From Methanobacteriota archaeon (GTDB lineage: Archaea; Thermoplasmatota; Thermoplasmata; UBA10834), in the NCBI GenBank assembly GCA_020347645.1, contig CP070736.1, positions 920,451-943,649 of the forward strand: a DNA stretch of 23,199 bases, in the 5' to 3' direction. The notes beneath the pieces are model-generated. The model did not search any database, was not told where the DNA came from, and saw only the letters and a list, made by a program, of their open reading frames with translations. The translations under genes were made by a program, and so were the position numbers. Numbering within the stretch: position 1 is the first letter of the stretch; each line of letters opens with the position of its first letter. Below, piece after piece: positions 16,879-23,199 of the stretch.

Positions 16879-17520
16879 ATGCCGAACGATGAATTCTGGC
16901 CAGAGGAGGAAGTGAGGAAGTATACTACCGAGATGAAGGCCGTGACAATCACCGTCAACTTCATCGTCGAGGGTAAGCAGATGATACTATCCGTAGACAA
17001 CTTCGAGAAGCTGCTGCGCAAGGCATACAGAATCGCAATCATCGACTGCGAATGCAGGACCCGAGTGAAGGCGTGCAGCGCTCCAGTCGACGTCTGTATC
17101 TATATGAACGAGGGAGCGGACGACCAAGTCGGGTTAGGACGTGGGAAAGAGGTCTCGCTTGAGCAAGCCCTCGACGCCATAAGGAGAGCGCATGAGGCGG
17201 GGCTCGTCCATACAGCTTTTAGCGACATCGACGGGAAGGAACCGCAGTACATCTGCAGCTGCTGCTCGTGCTGCTGCCATACATTCCCCGCGCTGCAGAG
17301 ATACGGGTTCAGCGAGTATTTGGTCTCGTCCGAGATGATTGCTGCCCAAGACGACGATAAGTGTGACGACTGCGGACTCTGCGCAGACACATGCCACTTC
17401 AGAGCGAGGAATATTGTGAACGGACGCCTGAAGTATGACAAGAAGAAGTGCTTCGGTTGCGGTATTTGCATTCCCTCTTGCCCTAACGGCGCGATATCGA
17501 TGAAGAATAGGCACAATTGA
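16879..17520 (+). CDS. Cysteine-rich iron-sulfur protein with a C-terminal 2x[4Fe-4S] ferredoxin domain, function unknown
   Basis: 213-aa ORF. Has CECRTRVKAC...C, an unusual ICSCCSCCCH block, and then CDDCGLCADTC and CFGCGICIPSCP ferredoxin motifs. Confidence 0.75.
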   Translation: MPNDEFWPEEEVRKYTTEMKAVTITVNFIVEGKQMILSVDNFEKLLRKAYRIAIIDCECRTRVKACSAPVDVCIYMNEGADDQVGLGRGKEVSLEQALDAIRRAHEAGLVHTAFSDIDGKEPQYICSCCSCCCHTFPALQRYGFSEYLVSSEMIAAQDDDKCDDCGLCADTCHFRARNIVNGRLKYDKKKCFGCGICIPSCPNGAISMKNRHN

Positions 17521-17535
17521 GGATTCAATAAAGTT

Positions 17536-17622
17536 GGGGGCAGAGGGATTTGGACCTCTGCCGAGCCAGCATGTCCGAAGCCCAAGGGAATCAAGAGGAA
17601 TCTTGTACCAGGGGCGAACTCC
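17536..17622 (-). repeat. tRNA-like repeat copy B (diverged)
   Basis: GGGGGCAGAGGGATTTGGACCTCTGCCGAGCCAG... is homologous to copies A and C with many substitutions (T-loop reads TCCAAAT). It is read through by the artefactual N-terminus of track ORF 17534..18997. Confidence 0.5.
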
Positions 17623-17830
17623 TTTCTCCCTTGTCGTTCACCCAGCCAACGAGGACGATTCTGCAAATGTGTGCTGGTCACGGGTCAAACGCGATAGTTA
17701 TCGCTGCGCTGACAGGACGCGCGGATTCCGGGATTCGAACCAAGGAGTAGCCCGACATCCTTCCTTAATCGCAATTGAGTATGTGAAGATAGACAAGGTT
17801 GATATAGCGCAACCTGACTACGATTGGCGG

Positions 17831-18997
17831 GTGGTAGTAGTGAGGGGTGCAGCAATCAGTGTGGGAGTTGCGATTCTGCTGCTGTTCTCAGGCCTCAGTC
17901 TGATATCCCAAGATGTGGCAGCAAGTGGGTACGAAGATGGTGTCTCTCCGGATCGTACATTCTATCTGGATCGTGGTGGGGAGAAAGAGAACGGCAAGTC
18001 TTATGAGAGCACTCTCGTCCCTCCGTTCCCTGGTGAATGGTGGTTGGAACTACTGGTGCTCGATGGCGGTTCCGTCGAAGTATCGGTCTATTCCACATAC
18101 GTTCGAGGTCCTGCAATAGCCAAAATGAGCTTGGGCTCGATCGGGATGGTATCGGCACGTCTTCCGGTGACGGCCGGCTACTCTTACGACTTAACCTTCA
18201 AGATTGAAGGCGGTCCAGGCTACGCTGTTATGAAGGAACACTTCCTGTCAACCCTTCCGCCGCCCGCGGAGCTTCCTCCCTTCGGAACTGTACCACACGC
18301 CCCGATACATATCTGGTCCTATACCGACTATCTGGATCCATTGAACGACATATCTGGTTCGGGAACTGAAGACGATCCGTTTGTCATCGAGGGCTGGGAG
18401 ATAAGCGGAGGGGTTGAGGACGGCATCTGGGTGTGCGAGTCCAACTTCCATCTGGTCATCCGTGATTGCTTTGTCCATTCCATCGGCTACCCCAGCGCAG
18501 GCATATATCTCTTCGTGACCTCGAATGTCGTGATTGAGAATTGCTATGTTGAGAACTGTGTGGGTAGTGAGATTGCCATAGGCTCGTGCTCGTCAATCCT
18601 TGTCAGGAACTGCGTGATCTGGAACGATGTCTACACATATCATTCAACGGATTCCACGTTCGAAGACAACGTGATTGGGAAGTCCAGACTCTTGTTACAG
18701 CAGTGCAGCAGCATTACTGTGCGTGGAAACACGCTACGCGATGGCATGATTGCCTCGTACTTCATCGCCTGTAATGATTGCCTCGTGTACAACAACAACT
18801 TCATGGAAAACGGGCAGAATGTGTACATCTGGGAATCCGTGGCTGTCGTGTGGGATTGCGGCCCCGTCTTGGGAGGGAACTACTGGTCCGATTACACAGG
18901 AATCGACTCTGACGGTGACGGATTGGGTGACACTCCATATGAGATCGCTCCAGACTGCATCGACCGGTATCCCTTGATACTTCCCTATAGCGGATGA
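17831..18997 (+). CDS. Secreted right-handed parallel beta-helix repeat protein (NosD / pectin-lyase-like)
   Basis: Repeated beta-helix rungs (VIRDCFVHS, VIENCYVENC, VRNCVIWND, VRGNTLRDG, VYNNNFMENG). C-terminal GNYWSDYTGIDSDGDGLGDTPYEI...DRYPL motif typical of the NosD/beta-helix family. The start is uncertain: in-frame GTGs lie at 17783, 17831 and 17840, and the last gives a canonical signal peptide MRGAAISVGVAILLLFSGLSLISQDVAA. The first ~100 codons of the track ORF (from the TTG at 17534) translate repeat B and are unlikely to be coding. Confidence 0.75.
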   Translation: MVVVRGAAISVGVAILLLFSGLSLISQDVAASGYEDGVSPDRTFYLDRGGEKENGKSYESTLVPPFPGEWWLELLVLDGGSVEVSVYSTYVRGPAIAKMSLGSIGMVSARLPVTAGYSYDLTFKIEGGPGYAVMKEHFLSTLPPPAELPPFGTVPHAPIHIWSYTDYLDPLNDISGSGTEDDPFVIEGWEISGGVEDGIWVCESNFHLVIRDCFVHSIGYPSAGIYLFVTSNVVIENCYVENCVGSEIAIGSCSSILVRNCVIWNDVYTYHSTDSTFEDNVIGKSRLLLQQCSSITVRGNTLRDGMIASYFIACNDCLVYNNNFMENGQNVYIWESVAVVWDCGPVLGGNYWSDYTGIDSDGDGLGDTPYEIAPDCIDRYPLILPYSG

Positions 18998-19098
18998 ACT
19001 CCGAAGTACTGCGCGCCTTGGAGAACGCCATGCCAGGCACCCCCGGTGCAAAAACCCCCTTGATTTCTCGGGACGACGATTATACCGACTATGCGTGA
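18994..19098 (+). CDS. Conserved 34-aa small ORF (MNSEVLRALENAMPGTPGAKTPLISRDDDYTDYA), paralogue of 22038..22142
   Basis: The ATG overlaps the TGA of the beta-helix gene (ATGA). A 34-codon paralogue with the same length and phase sits before repeat D. The two differ at 28 nt, 13 of them in third codon positions, including 8 purely synonymous codon changes. The ORF ends 4 nt before repeat C. Confidence 0.4.
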   Translation: MNSEVLRALENAMPGTPGAKTPLISRDDDYTDYA

Positions 19099-19102
19099 GA
19101 GT

Positions 19103-19187
19103 GGGGGCAGAGGGATTCGAACCCCTGCCAAGCCAGTAGGTCCGAAGTCGGAGGAAATCAAGTGGAATTTCGTACCGGGACAAACCC
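19103..19187 (-). repeat. tRNA-like repeat copy C
   Basis: The reverse complement ends ...GGCAGGGGTTCGAATCCCTCTGCCCCCA (T-stem/TTCGAAT loop/acceptor-like). ~95% identical to copy A over 85 nt. Its left flank (the small ORF) is homologous to the flank of copy D. Confidence 0.6.
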
Positions 19188-19229
19188 TTTCATCCTGTCA
19201 TTTCTGAGGTGCGGGCGACTATCGGCATA

Positions 19230-19940
19230 TCAGGATAGTGGGTCATCGATTGGCCCATGGTCTATCCATGAGTAGAGTTGCCCATCATGGACTGCGATAC
19301 CGTACCCTTCCCGGGCCTCCTGGCCACCCGCAGTGCAATAGAGTTCGAGTTCATACACAATGTCCTCCAGGAACCCAACCGACGAAACTGAACCATCTCT
19401 GAACACGATATGGACGAACGAGAAAGTGTCCCCAGCGTTGAATACTTCTGGATCAGTTGCATCAGAGACGAAATACGCAGTCAGAGAGCGAACCTCGACT
19501 TCGCCATCGAAGTAGATGGAGTATCCCAGCAGGGGTAGGCTCTCAGCTTCATCGAGGGTTGCAGGGACGGAGAAAGCAGAGATTTCGATGAATTCCTCGC
19601 ACGAGAACGGGCAGTATTTTCCCGTCGAGCCATCATCACGGTACTCAGTCATGTATATCGAAATATTGGCGTATGCCCAGAATGGGACTTCGTTGAGAGA
19701 CTCATTGAAGTCCCTGTTCCAGGTTACCCCCCACGACTGAAGCGTCAAGGGCGTGTCCTGCATTGGATATGGGTCGTCTGGCTCGTCAAAAACCCCCTCA
19801 GAGGCAAGGCCGTATAGAGCGAAAGCCACGAGTACCAAGACCAGCACAACAGACAGAATCCTGATTTTCAGAACATCAGAAGGTCTTCTCGGAGGTTCAT
19901 TTCTCCCCGGCTGTCTCGGTTCTGCTGCCTCATCACCCAT
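19230..19940 (-). CDS. Hypothetical single-pass membrane protein (Pro/Arg-rich cytoplasmic N-terminus, extracytoplasmic domain)
   Basis: 236-aa ORF: MGDEAAEPRQPGRNEPPRRPSDVLKIR, then a TM helix ILSVVLVLVLVAFALYGLA. GAGGA SD about 10 nt upstream of the ATG. No recognisable family. Confidence 0.6.
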   Translation of the reverse strand: MGDEAAEPRQPGRNEPPRRPSDVLKIRILSVVLVLVLVAFALYGLASEGVFDEPDDPYPMQDTPLTLQSWGVTWNRDFNESLNEVPFWAYANISIYMTEYRDDGSTGKYCPFSCEEFIEISAFSVPATLDEAESLPLLGYSIYFDGEVEVRSLTAYFVSDATDPEVFNAGDTFSFVHIVFRDGSVSSVGFLEDIVYELELYCTAGGQEAREGYGIAVHDGQLYSWIDHGPIDDPLS

Positions 19941-20004
19941 TAGACCATTCCTCAGGTCGTGCTGAACATCTTCTCACGTACAAATATCCTCGGACCACCT
20001 ATCA

Positions 20005-20055
20005 GGAGCAGAGGGATTTGAGTCTCTGCTGAGCCAGTATGTCCAGAATCCGAGT
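20005..20055 (-). repeat. tRNA-like repeat copy E (short, degenerate)
   Basis: AGCAGAGGGATTTGAGTCTCTGCTGAGCCAGTATGTCCAGAATCCGAG aligns with the first ~50 nt of copies A, B and C. Same orientation. Confidence 0.45.
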
Positions 20056-20098
20056 ACTTGTTATCTCGATGTTGAAAAGCGGAGAACGGGGAGGGGAG

Positions 20099-21508
20099 CT
20101 ACTTCCCCTTCTCCCGCCGCCCATCGACAGAGTTTCTGCCTTCCTCGAGCTTGGATAACTCGGACTTCAAGTCCTTGTTCTCCTCCATGATTCCCGTGAG
20201 CACGCCCATGATGTCCTTGAAGCCAAGGTCATTGGGTCGAGCGAGTCTGTTCAGCACGCTCACGGCCGAGCTTTCACTCGCCACATCCAGGCTTTCGATG
20301 AGCTGGCCGAGGTCAAACCCAGATCTCGCAGAGTCTCCTCCAGCAAACACCTTCAGATCGGCAGATGTCAGAGCCTTTGCTGTCTCGAGCCCGATCTGTC
20401 TCTGCATCTCAACGAGACGCTCGGCGACCAGCGCTCTGATGGCTTCTGGTCCGAACCGGTTCAGGGCGTCCTGCAGCTTCATCTTTGCCTCAGCATCTGC
20501 GAGCCCCTTCTCTCTGATGGGAGCGGCTTCTCCCTTCGCCTTCTCGGACAGGTAGATCTTGTCTCCTTCTCCGTCGAGCCTCTTCCTCTCTTTGTTGATC
20601 TCCTCGACTTCCCTGTCCTGGTTGGCTACGACGAGGGCCTTCTGCTTGAGGATCTCGGCCATCTTGACCTCATCGACCCTCCTGACCTCGAACTGCTCTG
20701 CGAGGGCGACCTTCTCGAACTCCGCGACGGCCCGATCCTTCTCCTGCCGTCGTTTCGCGACCTCCTCATCCCTCCGAATCTCCCTCTTCGTGGCCTCCTC
20801 GTCCGTCTCCGCCTCTTTGAGCCTCGCGATCTTCCTCTGCTCGGCGTTCTTCTGCCTCGCCTCGCTGTTGATCTGCTCCTCGATGATAGACGATACGTCT
20901 CTGATCACGTGCGGAGGCTCCGCTTCGCCATACTCTGCTTTCGTCGGGTCCTGGAAGTAGACGAGCTCGATGTCCTTAAGGTCGATGCCCCAGTGACCTA
21001 TCGCCTCTCTCAGGGGAGGGTTGATTGTATCGATTATGTCCTGCCTATTGTTGATTATCTCCCTTATGGTCTTCTTCGTGCATGCATCCCTTGTTGTGGC
21101 CGTGACGATCATGGCCACTTGCCTCTCCAGTTCGGTTACATCGCCGCCGAACCTCTGTGCCGCCTTGACGGGAGTAGTGACTGCGACATAGGCGATGATG
21201 TTGCACAGAAATCGAGCCCTGTCTATGTCGAAAGCCATGAAGTTCGACACGTCAACCGTGATCATCCTCAGAGGAACCCTGTGTACGGTCATGCCCAGTC
21301 CGAAGAGGAAGAACCATGATGGAATCTTGAAGTACGCGGCCCTCCCCTCTCTGTTGTAATCCTTGTGCGGGGACAGAACGCGCATCTTGCCTTTCTGGAT
21401 GACTACGTCGACATAGTCTGCAGGGACTATGGTGTACATCGCTGCAAGGATCGCAAAGAGGATCAGCAGTACGATGATTATGATGAAGGTCAGAAGCCAA
21501 GTCTCCAT
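20099..21508 (-). CDS. SPFH/band-7 (flotillin-like) membrane protein with long Glu/Ala/Lys/Arg-rich coiled-coil region
   Basis: N-terminal TM helix LLTFIIIIVLLILFAILAAMY, an SPFH core, then an extended EA/KR-rich helical region (KNAEQRKIARLKEAETDEEATKREIRRDEEVAKRRQEKDRAVAEFEK...). I chose the ATG at 21508 (METW...), which is preceded by GGGGGGA and overlaps the upstream gene's TGA. The track's ATG at 21526 is the alternative. Confidence 0.85.
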   Translation of the reverse strand: METWLLTFIIIIVLLILFAILAAMYTIVPADYVDVVIQKGKMRVLSPHKDYNREGRAAYFKIPSWFFLFGLGMTVHRVPLRMITVDVSNFMAFDIDRARFLCNIIAYVAVTTPVKAAQRFGGDVTELERQVAMIVTATTRDACTKKTIREIINNRQDIIDTINPPLREAIGHWGIDLKDIELVYFQDPTKAEYGEAEPPHVIRDVSSIIEEQINSEARQKNAEQRKIARLKEAETDEEATKREIRRDEEVAKRRQEKDRAVAEFEKVALAEQFEVRRVDEVKMAEILKQKALVVANQDREVEEINKERKRLDGEGDKIYLSEKAKGEAAPIREKGLADAEAKMKLQDALNRFGPEAIRALVAERLVEMQRQIGLETAKALTSADLKVFAGGDSARSGFDLGQLIESLDVASESSAVSVLNRLARPNDLGFKDIMGVLTGIMEENKDLKSELSKLEEGRNSVDGRREKGK

Positions 21509-21768
21509 CACATTTCCCCCCCACATCGCTCCTTGATTGCGACCAGAACCATTGTACCATCGTACACGCGCCCCGAAATCATCCTGTGCGGAAGCAGAGT
21601 TATGACCCCGTCCTTCTCAACGTAGATGTCCTTGCCATCGTTCAGTTCTCTGTACGCACTCTCAAGGTCGGCTATCGTGTGGAAGATGATCTTGTCTCCC
21701 TTGACCTTGTCTCCGAGTATCAGTTCCTCGACCGTGTAGATTCTCCTGCCTTCCGGAGTTTGTCTCAT
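21508..21768 (-). CDS. Small soluble protein translationally coupled to the flotillin gene (possible NfeD-like partner)
   Basis: 86-aa ORF with GGGGGAAGTGA SD. Its TGA overlaps the flotillin ATG. Operon pairing of SPFH proteins with NfeD-type OB-fold partners is established in bacteria and archaea. The beta-rich composition fits, but I did not verify a family match. Confidence 0.5.
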   Translation of the reverse strand: MRQTPEGRRIYTVEELILGDKVKGDKIIFHTIADLESAYRELNDGKDIYVEKDGVITLLPHRMISGRVYDGTMVLVAIKERCGGEM

Positions 21769-22037
21769 GCTCTCACTTCCCCCAGTACCCCTGGATCCAT
21801 ATGCGCGTGCGTCGACTCCGTGCGCATACCATTTCTCAGGATTGCATCAAACCTTTTTAACTCTGGCGATGGAATTCCGCTCGTGAATTTCGAGCCTTGG
21901 CCCCCTGATGTGGTTCACAGGGCTGCTTGCCTGAAGGCGACGCGGTTGCCGCTGAGCGAGGCGGCCGCATCGACGGCCCTTGGACACAGAAGGATCAAGG
22001 CCACGCAAGCGTGCTACTGCAAATAAGCATAGACACG

Positions 22038-22142
22038 GTGAATTCTGAGGTTCTGCAAACCTTGAACGACGCTGTGCTTGGCTACCCTGGTACGAAAAAC
22101 TCCGTGATTTCTCGGACGGACGATTACACTGGCTATGCGTAG
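22038..22142 (+). CDS. Conserved 34-codon small ORF, paralogue of 18994..19098 (GTG start; VNSEVLQTLNDAVLGYPGTKNSVISRTDDYTGYA)
   Basis: Homology to the copy-C small ORF begins exactly at the start codon (ATG there, GTG here) and runs to the stop, 3 nt before repeat D. The longer track ORF 21927..22142 adds an unconserved N-terminus. Confidence 0.35.
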   Translation: MNSEVLQTLNDAVLGYPGTKNSVISRTDDYTGYA

Positions 22143-22145
22143 GTG

Positions 22146-22316
22146 TGGGGGCAGAGGGATTTGAACCCCCATCGACGGGTTTCCACCACGTGGAGAGCGA
22201 CTCCACGCGTTCAGACATGGGTCATCGCTCCAGTTACTCATCACTGGTCAGCAAACCCAACGGAAATCATTCCCATAACTGGAGCCCGTTAGGATCCCAG
22301 GTTACCCCATACCCCC
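22146..22316 (-). tRNA. tRNA-like gene, possibly intron-containing or disrupted (repeat copy D)
   Basis: Minus-strand sequence starts GGGGGTA-TG-GGGT-AACCTGGG-ATCC. That gives a 7-bp acceptor stem that pairs with the 3' TGCCCCC-A, plus U8, A14, a GG in the D-loop and a 4-bp D-stem. It ends GGGGG-TTCAAAT-CCCTC-TGCCCCC-A, a near-perfect T-arm. A 5-bp AACGG/CCGTT stem encloses 22 nt, which would be an anticodon loop plus intron. About 87 nt lie between that stem and the T-arm, including a perfect hairpin CGTGGAG-TCGCT-CTCCACG. Confidence 0.3.
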
Positions 22317-22342
22317 GTGTGCGCATCATCGCAATGAAATCT

Positions 22343-22450
22343 CTACTTCTTCCTGAGCTTCTGAGCTCTCTTGCGTCTCCTCATCTTCTTCTTGCGCCAC
22401 TTCCAGCGCTGTTTTCCACGTTTCTTCCACGCTCGAGAACTCCTTTTCAT
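22343..22450 (-). CDS. rpl41e: Ribosomal protein L41e
   Basis: 36-codon minus-strand ORF: MKRSSRAWKKRGKQRWKWRKKKMRRRKRAQKLRKK. It is extremely basic, with the RWKW...RKKKMRR pattern of archaeal/eukaryotic L41e. GGAG SD about 10 nt upstream and a TATA box about 48 nt upstream. Too short for the ORF track. Confidence 0.7.
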   Translation of the reverse strand: MKRSSRAWKKRGKQRWKWRKKKMRRRKRAQKLRKK

Positions 22451-22493
22451 GCGTCAGACTCCTTTGCGACTGCTTTGGCGTACATCGCTTCCT

Positions 22494-22503
22494 TTTTATA
22501 TGC
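22494..22503 (-). promoter_or_regulatory. TATA box (with purine-rich BRE) for rpl41e
   Basis: The minus strand reads CAAAAGG-CATATAAAAAGG, centred about 48 nt upstream of the rpl41e ATG. Confidence 0.4.
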
Positions 22504-22743
22504 CTTTTGATGGGGCGCAGCGGGCCGGTCGGGATTTTCGGACGCTTCGGCGCCTTTCGAACCCGAGACCACTGGCTGTCCTCGGTCCATAGGATGAACC
22601 ATAGAAGGCCAGTGCTATATCCGGACTAAGCCACCGGCCCATCTGGCCGGAAGACACATGAGTCCTCCTGTATAAAACCTTGGCTGAATCGACGAAATCA
22701 TTGCGAAGGCCCGCCTCTTCCCCGTCCTGTTCATGCGAACGCT

Positions 22744-22750
22744 TTAAAGT
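22744..22750 (+). promoter_or_regulatory. Candidate TATA element for the PAC2-family gene (leaderless-type spacing)
   Basis: TTTAAAG lies 31-37 nt upstream of the ATG at 22781. A second TATA-like CTGTATAAAAC lies at ~22666. Confidence 0.3.
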
Positions 22751-22780
22751 GGTCATCTATCATATCATTCCCTGTTCAAA

Positions 22781-23199
22781 ATGGAAGAGGTCGAGATAGT
22801 CGAGCTCAAGAAGATGGATCTCAGGAACGCGGTAATCATCGACGGGTTCCCAAGTGTAGGGCTGGTCAGTTCAATCGTCGCAAACTATCTGATAGCGTTG
22901 CTGAAAATGGAGTACATCGCGGTGATGGATTCTAACCTGTTCCCGACCGTGTCGTTGATTCGCAACGCGGAGCCGCTTGGTCCTGCGAGGGTATACGCCA
23001 GACCCTACCTGCAACCTGGCGAGCAACAGGTCGTTGTCTTCTCGACGGAGTTGCAGCCTTCGGCAAATCTGCTGAGGCCCCTCGGAAGAGCGATGATAGA
23101 CTTTGCAGAAGAGCAGAAGTGTGGTTTGATCATATCCGCAGGCGGACTAATAGTCGAAGGCGAGGAAACCGAGAAAGGGGTGGAGGAGAAGGGCGAAGT
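22781..23199 (+). CDS. PAC2-family proteasome assembly chaperone-like protein (N-terminal 139 codons; continues past window end)
   Basis: The frame is open from the ATG at 22781 to the window end: MEEVEIVELKKMDLRNAVIIDGFPSVGLVSSIVANYLIALLKMEYIAVMDSNLFP... The DGFPSVGLVS...YLI motif is characteristic of archaeal PAC2/PbaA-PbaB proteins. Not in the track because it is unterminated. Confidence 0.7.
   Translation, partial: MEEVEIVELKKMDLRNAVIIDGFPSVGLVSSIVANYLIALLKMEYIAVMDSNLFPTVSLIRNAEPLGPARVYARPYLQPGEQQVVVFSTELQPSANLLRPLGRAMIDFAEEQKCGLIISAGGLIVEGEETEKGVEEKGE

Noticed and set aside
21927-22037. Longer 71-aa version of the small ORF, starting at the ATG at 21927
   Set aside because: Homology to the copy-C small ORF begins only at the GTG at 22038. 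The upstream 37 codons have no counterpart and no start signal.
22145-22510. Track ORF 22145..22510 (+) and minus-strand ORFs 21847..22218 and 22014..22244
   Set aside because: They overlap the tRNA-like element D and its conserved flank. The plus ORF begins with the same artefactual MGAEGF translation of the repeat core and reads antisense through rpl41e.
22496-22756. 86-aa minus-strand ORF between rpl41e and the PAC2 gene
   Set aside because: It spans two divergent promoters (the rpl41e TATA and the PAC2 TATA), has no SD, and its composition looks like random GC-rich translation.
1-23199. CRISPR array, rRNA, transposase/IS element, integrase
   Set aside because: No spaced identical short repeats, no rRNA-like conserved blocks, and no ORF with DDE, tyrosine-recombinase or serine-recombinase hallmarks on either strand. 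The only repeats are the tRNA-like family and the hdrA identity tract.

Overview
Archaeal window, GC-rich (archaea-specific ribosomal protein L41e and a PAC2-family gene are present). Nearly all genes are on the minus strand. Positions 1-14420 hold one long minus-strand block of electron-bifurcation and hydrogenase-maturation genes: hdrA (tandem-type, runs off the left edge), an extended mvhD, a 1000-aa tandem hdrA, mvhD, hdrB, hdrC, a classical hdrA, then an AT-rich 353-bp intergenic promoter region, then hypD, hypA, hypC, hypF, hypB. Almost every junction in this block is an ATGA or GTGA start/stop overlap, consistent with translational coupling. Positions 14.5-22.3 kb look accessory: a Kelch-propeller surface protein, a Cys-rich Fe-S protein, a secreted beta-helix (NosD/pectin-lyase-like) protein, an orphan membrane protein, and a flotillin (SPFH) gene with a small upstream partner. 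These cargo genes are separated by five same-orientation repeats that share a tRNA T-arm/acceptor-like core. Repeat D can be extended to a 171-nt tRNA-like gene with several-intron-sized insertions. Repeats C and D are each preceded by a conserved 34-codon small ORF. The window ends with rpl41e (36 codons, below the ORF-track cutoff) and a partial PAC2-family gene, each with a clear TATA box. I found no CRISPR array, rRNA, transposase or integrase gene.
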